The notes: generated by a model not told the origin, from the sequence alone. A stretch of DNA of 64,000 nt from Selaginella moellendorffii (GCF_000143415.4 NW_003314436.1:1-64000); one strand, 5' to 3'; counted from the first letter of the stretch, positions 13,101 through 26,368 are shown. Translations and numbers: made by a program.

Positions 13101-14287
13101 TATAGATTGCTTCACTGGCTTTGAGGGTTGTGCATCTTGTTTTCACTTTCTAATGCTCATTGAATCTCCTCTTTGTTTTTTTTTTGAGGGGGACTGACTG
13201 ATTCTCCACACACAACTGTTGTTGTCCCTCTCCTTCTTGATTCCTGTGCTCACTACCTATAGAATGAGAGCTAGTTGTAATAGTAAAAAACCTGGATAAA
13301 TGTGATTACTTTGTGTCCTTTTTTGGCCTTCCTATTGTTTACAATGTCTTCTATTGCTCTCACACTTACCCTTTTGCCCTTTTATCTTTTTATGACATAA
13401 TAAAAATCTTTTTAACCCCTGCCCTTCTTCATTGCACTTCAAGGGTGGAGGGTAAATTTTTTTTCCTGCCTTTCTTTTGGAACGTAACCTTTTAGTGTAT
13501 TGTTTTGCAAGTAAAAAATGCATGAGCAGGGTGCCGCAGCCTTCAAAGTTGGAGCTTAGATTTACAAATTAAGAAGCTTGCTAAGAATCTTGAAAGAATA
13601 TGGTTTATTGATAATTTTGATCAGAAAAATTTAATATAGAGATAAACTGTTAAAGCTTAAAATTAAGATGTGATAAGTTGGATAATTGACAGAACATGGG
13701 ATAGCGAGTCCTTCCTTCAAAGACACTTTATTGTTTTCGAGGATACGGCACTTTTATATTACAAGAACAAAACATGGAGTCTTCATCTAAATCAGCAGGC
13801 TTTGATTTTCAAGTTTCTCTTTCTTTGCTAGCTCCTTAACTCAGAAGCCAAAATGATTTCAAGGTTAGAGCTTCGCAAGGGACCTCACTTCTTCTGGCGG
13901 CGATGAAACTTCCAGTACCTGTGACCTTCGACTGGGAGTCCGACACTCCCTCATCCAAGGAACAGTGGTGGCTCATTCGCAAATAACTGGCGAGGAAAAT
14001 CAACACCAAAGCTGTGAAAAACATGGAGGATGTTATTAAGTACCCGCTAATGACGAGGCCGAGATTTCTCTTATCCGTTTTCTCGTGGCCGAGTTGTTCG
14101 CCGCTGAATCTAACATGACTTAGATTTTTAAATAGGACGTTTAAAATAAAAGGCCTGGAACCTTTGTTTAATGCTCGTCAGATCTGAAGAAGCTGATGAA
14201 CGAGATATAATGATATACTAAGTGGAAGAAGTTTTGTGTTGCAAAAGAAAAGTTTTGCTTGGCGAAAGAAAAGTAATTTTAGGGTTT

Positions 14288-15733
14288 ATGGCTGGGAGAA
14301 CATTGGGGCGACGCTGGTGTTCTTCCGCCGCTCGAGGTGAGCGCGTTGCGAGCTCTTCTTCTCTAACCAAGCTCTCCAAATCTATGCGTAGCGGCGGGCA
14401 TTGCTCCGCCGATTCAGGTGAAGCTCACTGAGACTGCGGGCAGGGGTGTGTTTGCCAGTCGCAAGATCGGCGCTGGGGATGTTATTCTCACGGAATTTCC
14501 AGTGATTTCGCATCCCTCGCCCACAAACATGGGAAAGGTTCTTGCGGTGCTTTTTTTCTTCTTGTTGTGAAAGCTGTTTTTTCTTCCAGGTTTGCTGGTG
14601 GTGCCTTAAACGTTTTAGCTTGATCACAAAACCATTTCTCCAACTCGAGAGCTCCTGGATGGCCTACTGCAGTCAAGAATGCACTGATCTTGCCAAGGTT
14701 TTTTCATTTTCTTCTCTTTTAAGTTTTTTTTCTCATATCTTGTGTCCCTGTACTTGTTTTGATGTTTCTCTTCCAGGGGTGTATGGATCTGGAGAACAAT
14801 CGTCACTGGAAAGAGTTTCACGATTACTGTAGGTATCCAAATTGCTCGCTTCTGTTCTTCTCTTTTCTGGCTAAAGTTTTTTTTGTGTGTGTGTGTGTGT
14901 GTGTGTGCTTGATGCCAGGGAAAGTAACTTGAGGTTTCCACTCTTGGTGAAGCGATTGGCATGCATGGTAGCCACAAACATGGCCTCTTTTGATGTTCTC
15001 GACATTCTCTATCCGCCAAGTCCTCCTGGATTTCTCCAAAGAGTAAGTTCCTACGTAAATTACGATCTTATGGTTGTAAGCGTGGTTTTTTCGTTGCAGT
15101 GGCTCGAGGAGCGCAAGCTTTTGACAGAAACTCTAACTCGTTGCGGTATAGACTCGGCTTCAACGAAGTGTATCCTTTTTCTTCGTTTCTTTCCAAGCAA
15201 AAGAGTTCGTTTTTCTTTCGACAGGCTCGAAGTTTTGAGCGATTCTTGGTACGCCGGCGCGCTCTCCAGAATACACCTCAACACATTCCGAGTGGAGACT
15301 ATCGCCACGGAGATCACAAACCTTGAAGCAGCTCTTGTCGACTCCATCACAGGCGACGATGTTGTTGGCTCCGCCGTCTACATTCTTCCCTCCATGTTCA
15401 ACCATAGCTGCGGTAAATCCTTTCATTCGTTTGCTCATCTTTGCTCGACTTTATCACTTACATATTTGTTTTCCTTCGGATCATTAGATGCTAACGTGAA
15501 CATTTACTGGCGAGAAAATGCGTTTGTACAACTGAAAGCCTTACAACCGATCGAACCAGGTAGAGCTCAAAGTAAATGCTGGTGCCTAATCCTTTTTTTG
15601 TATTTTTTCACCAGGCAAGGAGCTGTGTATAACTTACATTGATGCAAGCATGGGGTGTGAAGCTCGCAGAGCACTTCTTCAGGACGCCTATGGTTTCCAC
15701 TGTAAGTGCCCTCGTTGCTTAGACAACGATTAA
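14288..15733 (+). CDS. ATXR4: SMYD-type SET/MYND histone-lysine methyltransferase, ATXR4/SDG38-like (multi-exon)
   Basis: Spliced product has PPIQVKLTETAGRGVFASRKIGAGD, CWWC...YCSQEC, FPLLVKRLACM, AVYILPSMFNHSCD, ELCITYID and FHCKCPRC. Confidence 0.88.
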
Positions 15734-16054
15734 GCTTCGACAACAATTAAAAACTTAAAGCTCTTCTAGATTCGAGGATTCACGATTAAAAGCTTAAAGC
15801 TCTCGTGAGTTTTCTAGATTCGATGACAATGAGCAAGGAGCTACTACTACGAACTGGTAAAACCATCTTAAAAGTTTGAGCTTTTATTGATCAAAGGTCC
15901 TTTCTCCTTTTTCTACTTCTCTTGCGCAATCACAGCGTCTCTTACTGCCACAGTCTTCATCGTCTTCCTGCCAAACATTCCCACAAATCCTGAGAAGAGC
16001 TTTCAACCTCGAATGCTAAGTTCCATGCTAAAGTCCCGGCCATGGCACTAGATA

Positions 16055-18074
16055 CTACTTCTCGGCGGCCTTCCCTTTCATCCTATACATGCTCTCCCCC
16101 TTGAGAGCCTCCGTCTCCAGCAAGTAGCACAGCATGTTGTTCACGTCGTCCCCGAAGATGCTACACGCCTCCATCACCCGGAAGTAGCTAAATCCCATGG
16201 ACAGGAGGACGCGGACGTTGCTACTCCTGTTTATCGCGGCAGAGTCTGTGAGACTTACTGATCCACCAACGTGAGAACCGCCAGCGCTTCCAGATCCCCT
16301 CGACGCTGGGAAGCAAGCACGCAAGCAAGCGCAAGTGAGAGGTTTTTATGATTTGGAAGTAGCTCCTTACCTCCAGATGATGATGGTCCTCCCGCGGCCG
16401 AAGAGGACGTCTCCTCGGACGAGTGCGTGATTTGCCGGTGGTGCTCCTCGGCGAGGTACTCCGCTCGAGACGCCTCCATCACCATCCTTTCGATCTCTTG
16501 CTCGGTCAGTTCCAAGTCGGAGTAGAACCGGCCTTCGGCCAAAAGAGCCTGTACAAGATAGGCAGCTGTTGGATCACAAGACGAAGTAGAACATCACGTA
16601 CGTTTTCAATCTGTTGGTCCTGTTGTGCGCGGATAGCAGCCTTCACCTGATCTCTGTCAACATTGTTCTATAAGCGAAAAGTATTAGATCCGAGCCAGTG
16701 AAACAAAACGAAAGTAAACAAGAAAAAAAAACGCTTACACCACGCAGGCTTCCAAAACCAAGTCCGGCTCCAACAGCAGGCCGTGATGGATCGTGAAGCG
16801 AATTGTAGTGATTTCGACGGTGATAGCTTAGCCGGATTGGCGGCAAGTCAGTTTCATACTGTCCATGAAATATGTTTATAGGATCTGCGACATCGCAGAA
16901 AATTCAGGAAAACAAACCGACAAACATGGGACCCCATACCTGTGCTGTACGAATAGATGTGAATTGGCCGGTTGTACATTTCAGCCATTGCCTGTATCTC
17001 GAGGTTGTTGCCATAAACCTTCAAGGCAGTACCAGCATTCATCAGTCAAGTAAGACAGCAAAAGAAAAGCGATAACCTTATCTCTGCGTTTTCTTTTGCA
17101 GTACGTAGTAAAGCCTTCTGTAATGAACTGTGAAAAATGATCTCTTTCTCTTTCCTGTAACAGAAAAATAGCAACGTGAGTTGATCCCTAAAAGCATCAC
17201 ACTCAGAATCATTACCATGTAATCTATACACATCTGCCTTGTCTCGCCAAACATTTCTGGATCGCCATAGACTTGATCAGCCACAGCACGGAACAAACAG
17301 TTGCCATCAGGAACCATTCTCCTCACTTCGAAACCTTTCACCCGCCGGAGCTCGATCTCGAAATGGCTTTCCTTGTCCTCCTGGAAAAAAGAAACAAGAA
17401 ACGAACATATTTGTCACTGAAGCTCTCGGAGCCGCACAAGCGGATTACCATCCACGTACATCTTCCTCAAATCCAGGCGTTGCAGACCAGGAACTGGATT
17501 CGTCAGCACTGTTGTATCCATCGCCCTCCCCCGCGTGTGCTCTAGGAGACGTGGAATGCGAGCTCGTTGGCGAGATCCTGACTCGCTGAGCAGCAAAACC
17601 TGGCCTTGGAACTGTGGCACGCCTTGAGCCTGTTCCAACTCTAGTTGATGACGAAGTTCCTGCGTTAGATCTAGGCGGTTCTTGGTTACCACACTCGGAA
17701 GCTGCTGCCGGAACGCTCGGACTTTGCACTGCCTCTGTCACCTGAGCAGCAAAGTCTTTTGCATTCTCCTGGTCCGAGCCGGGAGCTTTTCCAGCGCTCC
17801 TCGACTCTTCGGAAGAAATGCAAAGGCCGGCAAACCGACTTCCCAGCTGTGAGGCTTTTTCGATGCTTTCTCCATCCAGGAAACTCGAAGTTCCCTCAGC
17901 TTTGTTCTCCGCGGCCTCCTGGCCGGAAGGAGAAATGAGAGTCGACGATGGCGGCAAAGGAGGAGGTGGCGGTGGTACTGACGACGAAGTCCCAGGAGTG
18001 GAAGTAGCAACATTTCTCGGTGGCTGGGACGAACCAGGCGCTGGATTACCTCTCGGAACCACAACTCGAGTCAT
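16055..18074 (-). CDS. OTLD1: OTU-domain deubiquitinase, OTLD1/OTUD5-like, with C-terminal UBA-like region (multi-exon)
   Basis: Starts MTRVVVPRG. Contains DGNCLFRAVADQVYGD, YGNNLEIQAMAEMYNRPIHIY, IRLSYHRRNHYNS, LLSMGFSY and a KGKAAEK end. Confidence 0.9.
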
Positions 18075-18890
18075 TGCAATGAGCGTCTCACGAGTCACCA
18101 CTCCATTCGTCCGGCATTTCTCTTGAGCTTGGTTCTATACCATCCCCAGTCTCGCCTTTCTTTCTTGTCAAAAGTCGCCCCCTCCGCCTTCCAGCCTGCT
18201 ATCTCCCTTTTCATCCAAGCTGCCGCTACCTCGTCGCCCAAACTTCCAGATTTCCCTCCTATCGGCTCCACTTCTCATGTAATTCCAAGGCTCTCCAGCT
18301 CCTTCCAGCTGCTCCCCTTGCCCTAGAAGCCGATTGAGCTAGAAATCTCCGAAATCTCCGAAATCTTTGCTCCCAGCTACGAGCTCAGCTCTGCCACAAT
18401 CATCCAAGCCATGACATACCACGACCGCGACTCCACTCCACCAACGCCATCCCTCGATCCTCCGCCAGTACCCTAGGGCGATAATGCGCTAGAAAAAAGG
18501 ATATGCCCTCAATGTAGCACGAGCAAGGAAGGCTTTATAGGAAAAAGAAGGGGCGTGGCCCTGTGTAGGAAGGTACACAATAGCGGCCAATGGGAGCGCA
18601 CCGCGTGTCAACTTTCACTCGCGACGCGTGTACACAATCCTAGCCAATGCTTTCCTTACTCCAAAGGGACGCTCCCAGTTAACATACATAGATCCCTTGG
18701 AAGCTTTGATCACACCACAAGAAATACCGCGAAGTTATAAACACCCTGTGACAAGGAACAGAGAAGAAAAGAGAGTGAGAAAACGAACGGAAGAACGCGA
18801 AGAAACTTACTGGGAGCTATTCACAAAAAGGCCTGGACGATGAAACGAAGCCGGCGCGAGCTCGATCGATCGCCCAAGTTTGCTGGTTTG

Positions 18891-20510
18891 CTACGGCCAC
18901 CATCCCTCTACACTTTGATCATCGTCGTCTCTAGATGCTGCTGCTGCTGCCGCTGCCATCTTCAGAGTTTCTCCGTCGCTGATAATGCTCTCTGGATCGA
19001 TCTTCTCTACTTGGTCCACAGGATCGAAGTCTTCCAGAGCTTCTGCGATATTGTACAGAGGATCCAATCCATTCCTGTCATCTTCTAAACCTCCACCACC
19101 ATCATAAGGATGCCTTTGGTGCTTGGAAACATCTGCTACAGCTTGTGGGATGCTAGCTTCCGGTTGGGAGCCAGGGAAAAGTGGTGGCGCTGTTGCTAGT
19201 GCGTCTTGCGAACTTTTCTCCACGTTTCTTGCTGTTTCTTCATCACCACCTTGTTGGAAGTCGTCAAAATCCATTCCGTTTTCCTTCGTTTCGTAGACTG
19301 AAACGAACAGCTTCTGTCGCGAGACAAACCAGAAAAACAAAAACGTTGAAAAGAACGAAAAAAAACTTTGTCCGCAAACTTTACCCGTTGATCGAAGTCC
19401 GGACTTGACAGGTTGATTGCCAGGTTCCGCATCAACAACAAAACCTGGAACACGAATCATATCAGCAAGAAATGCCAACAGCAAAACAAACACTCACAGT
19501 TTCTCGGTCTATCGGAGCCATCTCCCGTAGCTTCTTGAGATGCCCAGCCGTGCCAGGATCAAATATGCTTCCAATGAATTTGTAAACCTCGGAGAACGCA
19601 GGAGCAGCTGACAAAGTCACAATACCATTAGCTCTATCCACTTTTTCTCCAGTTTTCCGACCTCTCTGCGGATTTGCTTGTGCCGGAGGATCATGAGCCC
19701 AAGTATTTGCAGTGCTGCTATTGTTTTGGTTCTTGATATTCGCGGGGGTTGCCAGCTCCGGTTGATGGGGATCTGGAAGGTCATCAACACGGTGAGAACA
19801 AACAGAGAAAAACAAAACAATCATTCTAAAAATCACAAAACTTCCACCTTTGTAGCTGAAAGGAATGGTTCCTTGAGGCCCTCCATGATGAACCCAGGAA
19901 GAAACCGGACTGGCAGTCACTCCTGGAACAAACATATTGCATTGTGGAACCATGTAACCAAAATCCGGTGGTGGAGGATGTGGAGTTCCTCGCTGTGGGG
20001 GAGCTGTCGAGCAAAGAAAAACGCTATGAAACTCGCAATTTGGTATCGGCAGCTTACCTGGTTTCGCAGCTTTTTGAGGATATGGTTGAGCAGATTTACG
20101 TTTCGGCCGTGGAGGAGGAACGTGTTCTCCAGTTCCATTCTTCTGGACTTTCAAAAAATACTTCTGGGCATGACTTCTAATCTGGAAATTGTCACACACT
20201 AACGAACTAAATCCCCGCGAAGAACATGAATAAAGCAAAGGAATTTCACCTGAATCACTGTTTTCGAGCCAACGAACGCCTCAATCTTCTTCCAATCCCG
20301 ATCAAACCTGGAGAGATTGGACTTAGAATCAATACCTCGCGGGGAAAAGATCTCTTACAGCTGCAAGGCCTCGAGAAACTTGTCGTGCTCTTGCTCCGTC
20401 CAGCTCTCCCTGGATTTCGTGATGGTGTAGGGCTTCCGGATCTTCTTGGACACCGCATCATCGGATGGAAGCGCTGGATTCGCCATCAACCCTACCATTT
20501 CAGCATTCAT
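18891..20510 (-). CDS. RVE: REVEILLE/LCL-clade single-MYB (SHAQKYF) circadian transcription factor (multi-exon)
   Basis: [54 protein letters not shown], and LCL domain [14 protein letters not shown]...[17 protein letters not shown]. Confidence 0.92.
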
Positions 20511-20950
20511 ATGGCTGCTCCCTAGAACAAAATCGCGCGCAGCTCGATCGATAAACCACCTCACAGCATCAATCCCGAGCTACAATCCACAGATCGGCAA
20601 GAAAAGAATCGATCCACCCTAGCCCTCTCTCCCTGCGCTTTCTTTCTGTATCCCTATCCCTTTGGAGACTCTAGAGGTCCAGACACACAAATGCAAGAGT
20701 CCCAAAACCACATTGAATAGCAGGATGGCATCCGCCGTCCGATTGGACAACGTGGCAGAAATGCCAGGTGGCAGACAACGTGGCCGCACTGGAGCGGTGG
20801 AAAAGATTGACACAAAATCTTTCTTATGGACCGTTGATGGTCAAATCAATATGTGGCCCAAAGTTTTTCACAATTCTCAGCCACAAATTTTTTTATTACC
20901 TTTAAAACATTTAGGGCTGATCGTCATTACTTTAGGGTTCTTCATTCTAG

Positions 20951-21447
20951 ATGGCCGCGGGGGGGCTGGATGCCGCGTTCTTGGAGCTAATGCGCGATCG
21001 TGCACAGCGATCGGCAGCGATCCGGCAGCGCATAGGTGAGATTTTGGATTCTTGGCTGGAAATCGGCTCAATGCGGGCTTCACAGACAGGGATCGGAAAG
21101 AAGCCCTTGCATCGGCCGCACAGGTATCGAAACTTCTGGAGCGCGGCCTCAATGCCGGGGTCCAGGAGGTGTTTGCGAACGAGAAGAGGATCGAGAGCGA
21201 GACTCGCGCGGTGGCCATGACGGTTCAGCGAGCGGTCAAGCAGAGCAACCAGTGGATGAGCCTCTTCCATAGTTTCGACACGGCATTGAAGGCAAGCTCT
21301 CTCCTTGTGGATCTTTGTAACTCTTGTTCGCTTTCTCCTCCTCTTCTTTTGTTTCTCTAGGAGATTGGTGATTTTGAGAACTGGATAAAGATCATGGAAC
21401 GCGACTGCGAGGAGATCCAAAGCGCCTTGGAACGCGTCAAACGCTAG
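20951..21447 (+). CDS. BLOS1: BLOC-1 subunit 1 (BLOS1/GCN5L1), three exons
   Basis: LNAGVQEVFANEKRIESE...FDTALK|EIGDFENWIKIMERDCEEI. The second intron (21292-21360) is GC-AG. Confidence 0.92.
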
Positions 21448-21458
21448 CGCGAGATGCG

Positions 21459-23486
21459 ATGAGGAAGAGCAGGGCCGAATGTCTTGAGCTTATCAGCTCC
21501 GTCAAGACGATCGCCACCGCAAAGGCAGTCCACGTACAGATCGTCGACAAGATCTTCCTCGACGATGTCTTCCTCTGCAACAAGCTCATCGAGATGTATG
21601 GCCGCTGCCGGAGCTCACGCGAGGCACGCACCATCTTCGACGCGATGCTCGCCAGGGACTCCTTCTCCTGGGACACGATGCTGCTGGCGTACACTCGGAC
21701 CGGCAACCTCGAGCAAGCCAAGCAGATCTTCGATGAGATGCCCAGCAAGAATCTCATCTCCTGGACGAGCCTGCTGGTGGCATTCTCTTCCAGCGAAGAC
21801 TTCCACCAGGCCAAGCTCCTCTTCGACCAGATGCCCGAGAGAGATGAAGTCGCCTGGAACGCGATGCTGGCTGTATATGCCCAGAATGGGTGCCTGGAAG
21901 ACGCTACGCTGCTGTTCCAGGAAATGCCCAGCACCAACCTGGTGTCGTGGAACACTCTGCTCGACGCTTTTGTGGAGGCTGGGAAGCTGGAAGAGGCCGG
22001 GGACTTGTTTCACAGGATGCCACTGCACGACTTGATCTCCTGGACGACTATCCATCACGCTTATGCCCGGTTTGGGTATATAGACGAGGCAAAGCTCGTC
22101 ATGGAGGCTATGCCCGAGAGTGACACAGTCTGCTGGACAGCGATGCTTTCGGCGTATGCTCAGCTGGGGAGCCTGGACAGTGCCAAGGCTACGTTCGACT
22201 ACATGCCGCAGAGGGACCTGGTCTCTTGGAACACGATGCTTGCGGCGTATACTCAAAACGGACGCCTCGACGATGCAAAGTTTGTGTTTTGGGGGATGCC
22301 CGAGAGGGACTTGTTCTCGTGGACGACGATGCTGGCTTGTTACGTCGAAGGGGGGCATTTGGAGGAGGCCAGGAGGGTGTTTGACGGCATGCCACAGCGA
22401 AACGTGATCGCCTGGAACGTCATTCTAGCGGGGTACGCACAGGTCGGACTCATGGATCGAGCAACGCTACACTTCGACTCGATGCCGTTTCGAGACTTGA
22501 TATCCTGGAACATCATGCTCGGCGGCTACGTCCAGATCGAAGGTGGTCTTCGCGAGGCGGAGGTGTTCTTCCGGGGGATGCCGCAGCACAACTTGGTGTC
22601 GAGGAACACGATGCTCACAGCGTTCGCCCAGGCCGGATTCATCGAGAAGTCGAGGGGCTGCTTCTCATCGATGCCGGAGCACAACCAAGTCTCGTGGACG
22701 TCGATGCTGGCGGCGTTTGCTCACAACGGCCGGGTCGAGGAGGCCAAGTTCACGTTCCTGTCGATGCCGCAGCGAGACTTGGTCGCCTGGAACGCGATGC
22801 TGGCGGCCTACGCTCGAAACGGACAGCTCCTCGAGGCGAAGCAGGCTTTCAGCGACATGCCCGAGCGGAGCCTGGTTTCGTTCAACGGCATGCTCTCGGC
22901 CTACGCGCAAAACGGCCATCTCCGGCTCGCCAGGCAGCAGTTCGATCGCATGCCCGAGAGAGACCTCGCTTCGTGGTGCGCGATCCTGGCGGCCTACACC
23001 CAGAACCGAGGACACACCAGCGGCATCGTCGAGCTCTTCAACGCGATGAAGCTCACGGACATGCATCACGGGGCGTGCTTCGTGGCGGTGCTCGTCGCGT
23101 GTAGCCGAGCCGGGAAGCTTTCGGACGGGAGGAGATGGTTTGGATCGCTGCTCGTCGACTTTGGCGAGCGGCCGACGAGGCAGCACTACTGCTGCATGGT
23201 GGATCTCTTGGCTCGGGCGGGGCACTTGGACGACGCGGAGGCGCTGGTGGTGGAGATGCCGCTGGGCTCGAGCGCGCTCCAGTGGAGGTGCCTGCTTGGA
23301 GCTTGCGGGAATGGCTATGGCGGTATCGAGCAGGGTGGCCGGGTTGCGAGCTCCGTGCTGGACTTGGGTGGAGGCGATGGAGCTGGCTATGTTCTTCTCA
23401 GCAATCTTTGCTACTCGGTTGGAGCTCCGGAGAATTGGATTGCTACAAAGGAGAGGAAGAAGCTCGCGGCAAGAGCTCCAAGATGA
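21459..23486 (+). CDS. Intronless PLS-class pentatricopeptide repeat protein (31-aa SS-type motifs, E domain, no DYW)
   Basis: Many MPxRDLVSWNxMLAAYAQNGxLxEAKxxF repeats. C-terminal HYCCMVDLLARAG...W..LLGAC...YVLLSN. Confidence 0.95.
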   Translation: MRKSRAECLELISSVKTIATAKAVHVQIVDKIFLDDVFLCNKLIEMYGRCRSSREARTIFDAMLARDSFSWDTMLLAYTRTGNLEQAKQIFDEMPSKNLISWTSLLVAFSSSEDFHQAKLLFDQMPERDEVAWNAMLAVYAQNGCLEDATLLFQEMPSTNLVSWNTLLDAFVEAGKLEEAGDLFHRMPLHDLISWTTIHHAYARFGYIDEAKLVMEAMPESDTVCWTAMLSAYAQLGSLDSAKATFDYMPQRDLVSWNTMLAAYTQNGRLDDAKFVFWGMPERDLFSWTTMLACYVEGGHLEEARRVFDGMPQRNVIAWNVILAGYAQVGLMDRATLHFDSMPFRDLISWNIMLGGYVQIEGGLREAEVFFRGMPQHNLVSRNTMLTAFAQAGFIEKSRGCFSSMPEHNQVSWTSMLAAFAHNGRVEEAKFTFLSMPQRDLVAWNAMLAAYARNGQLLEAKQAFSDMPERSLVSFNGMLSAYAQNGHLRLARQQFDRMPERDLASWCAILAAYTQNRGHTSGIVELFNAMKLTDMHHGACFVAVLVACSRAGKLSDGRRWFGSLLVDFGERPTRQHYCCMVDLLARAGHLDDAEALVVEMPLGSSALQWRCLLGACGNGYGGIEQGGRVASSVLDLGGGDGAGYVLLSNLCYSVGAPENWIATKERKKLAARAPR

Positions 23487-23634
23487 AAATTTTGTTGTCT
23501 AGAAACTTAGTTTACATACGTTTAATTATTGGTCTGATCAAATATATTGTAGCACACAATCATATGAAATCTTGATGTTCATGCGAGTCAATCTTAAACT
23601 GGATATATCCAACAGCTACTCATTGGAGCCTGGC

Positions 23635-24150
23635 CTAACCTTCAAAAGCTGTCAAGAGTGGAACTTTTTCCAATGATATTATGATCTTTTGAGATAGAAT
23701 TGGTCTGAGCTTCCAGCCGCAATTGGAGAACTTGACGGAGGAGGCGCCTCCAACCACGATTCTTCCTCGTTGATATAAGATAAAAGATTTCCACCGCAAT
23801 TCTTTGGCTGGATGCATAGTAAGCAAATCAACATGGAAGAACACTTGCTGGATGACATTGTTGAAATAAAGCACCCATTTCCTTGTCTTCCTACAGCTGC
23901 CCTGAGAGGACCTTGGAATGGAAAACATTGGAAAACATTAACCTTGTCAAATATAAAGCTCTTCCTGTAAAGTTTCTTGTGTAGAGTTCTGCCCGCAAAG
24001 GTATCACAGAAGCAGAATGCCATGCTTAAATCATGTAAAATGAAATAGTGGATGTGGTCCAAATTGCACAAAACCTCAATTTTCTAATGGTTACTGAAAG
24101 TCCAAACACGCAAACTAAGTTGCAGCTGAATTCTTTTAATGGATCATGAC
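23635..24150 (-). pseudogene. BAHD acyltransferase 5' fragment
   Basis: VLYFNNVIQQVFFHVDLL and LEKVPLLTA match exon 1 of the neighbouring BAHD gene (LYLNNFDQQVFFHVEML, EEVPLLTVQ). No downstream exon. Confidence 0.7.
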
Positions 24151-24710
24151 GGGTAGCAACTGAAAGATTAATTGAAAAACATGAAACAAAGTTTTAGAAA
24201 AAAATTACATTAAATTTTAGAAGTATTTATCAGATTAATATAATTTAAGAACCATGAATATATTGAGTATCTTATCATCCTGTACTTCTGGAAGGGTAGT
24301 TGATTTTGTTCTCTTTCTTTGCATCATCATATGGGATTGAATGGCCCAGTATAAAAATAACAACAAAGACTGGTGAGCAAGCTTCTTCTTTTAAAACAAA
24401 AAAAAAATTCTATAAAAAAAGGAATAGTTTCGTGTCGGAGTCTCCCACTCGCTCAGCGACACAAGATTTTATGCTCTGATGTTTAACCAGGCAACAACCG
24501 CATTGCGTGAACTTCCCGTTCTTTCTTAAGTCTGGATTTAGAAGAAATTTTGTTATAAGACTAAGTCAGCTTTCTACAAAACAAAAATTATTCCATAAGA
24601 AAACTAGGAATTTTCTTACGTATACAAATCTATCAGAAAACTAGTTGACAGATTGGTACCAGCAAAATTATTCCAGAAGAAAACCAGGAATTTCTTACAT
24701 ATACACTCTT

Positions 24711-26368
24711 TCATACCTTGAGCAAAGCCTCCAGCTTGGCCATCTTATCAAAATCCATCCCCATAAACAAGTTAACGCCGCCATCGTTCTTGCAGCTAGA
24801 CAGCACCAGCACGTACTCCCGACGGTCGTTGACCGGGGCCGCCACGTAGGCAGGCCGCCCGCAGCCAAAGTCAACGGCGTCAAACCCGAGCCTCGACCAC
24901 GTGGTGATGATCATGCCACCTGGCAGGTCGATGATGCCGTGGCCCTTGACGTGGCACCAATCGAGCTCCGAGCGGATGTACCCCTCGTCCACGCTGGCGA
25001 TGGTTTCCTGGATTCTGCGCACCGCGAAGGTGAGCGAGTTCTCGCGGAGCTCGGCGGCGGTGGTGTTCACGCACGGCGCCGCGATGACGCCATTGCCCAG
25101 GAATCTCTCGGGGAAATGCGGCGGGGCTTTGAGCTTGTCGCGGATGCTGATCACCACGAAGAGCTTGGAGATGGCGGCGGGGTCGAGGCCCATGGCGGCG
25201 GTACGCGCGCGCCAGACGTGCGCGGTGAGCGCCTGGAATGTGGAGCAGCTGTTGAGCGATCCATCCGCCAGCGCGCGCGATTTGAGCGCCGCGAGGTCGC
25301 GCGCGGTGAAGGAGAAGGTCTTGAACGCGATGGGCAGTGGCGCGGTGGCGTCGTACCAGGAGGAGGGGTTGAAGAGGAGCTTGGCGGGAGTGGCCGGGAG
25401 GGCCGCAAGCTCCGGGTGGTCGCGTGTCACGAGTGGCGGCGATCGGTGGCGGAAGCACGAGCGATCCGGGTCGCGCGGTGCGAGCTCCACGGCCTCCCCT
25501 CGCGTGATCGTCGCGAAATCGTGGAGGAAATCGCTGATGGAGATGCCGTCCATGACGACGTGGCTGATGAAGAAGCCCAGGATGAATCCTCCACAGCGGA
25601 ATCGCGTTACCTGCGAGAGAGATTCTCACGGGTTTTAGCCTCGATTGGATTGGAGTGTCTCGATCGACGGCCCAAATCGACATCGCTGGACGAGTCGATC
25701 GAATTTTTGGCGAATTGCCAGCTATAGAAGATGCCATGACTGGGAATTTTGAGAAATTGAGCGATCAAACCCCGAGTGTGGCCTGGAATTGATGAGAAAC
25801 AATCTATCCGAGTTGCCATCACTCTTGGATTTGATCGCCCAACACGCATTTCGGGAAAGATGGAAAGAAGGAGAGAAGACATGAGAAAAGGAAAGAAAAT
25901 CCAGACCTGGACAGTCAAGAGTGGAACTTCTTCCNNNNNNNNNNNNNNNNNNNNNNNNNNNNNNNNNNNNNNNNNNNNNNNNNNNNNNNNNNNNNNNNNN
26001 NNNNNNNNNNNNNNNNNNNNNNNNNNNNNNNNNNNNNNNNNNNNNNNNNNNNNNNNNNNNNNNNNNNNNNNNNNNNNNNNNNNNNNNNNNNTGATCCGAT
26101 ACCTCCCCGCCGCCGGGTAGTAAACCAGAACGGTTTGCTCAAGGCCCTCGGGGAAGCTCTCGATCATAGCTCCGCCATCGTCACGAAGATCGTCACCCAG
26201 CTGGATGCTATACTCCCCGTGACCAACATCGTACACCAGCAGCATCTCGACGTGGAAGAACACTTGCTGGTCGAAATTATTGAGGTAAAGCGCGCATTTC
26301 TTGGTGGGCGATGCCGGCTTGATCACCTCGGGCTCCTCGGTGTTGATCTGGAGATAGTATGATCCCAT
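24711..26368 (-). CDS. BAHD acyl-CoA transferase (hydroxycinnamoyl/feruloyl transferase-like), two exons, assembly gap in exon 1
   Basis: YYPAAGR, PLLTVQ|VTRFRCGG (conserved Q-intron 25906-25611), HVVMD (HxxxD), STFQALTAHVWRAR, DFGCG. Confidence 0.9.

Noticed and set aside
21484-25737. Long antisense and alternate-frame ORFs over the PPR and BAHD genes
   Set aside because: Shadow ORFs from high-GC codon bias, with no recognisable motifs.
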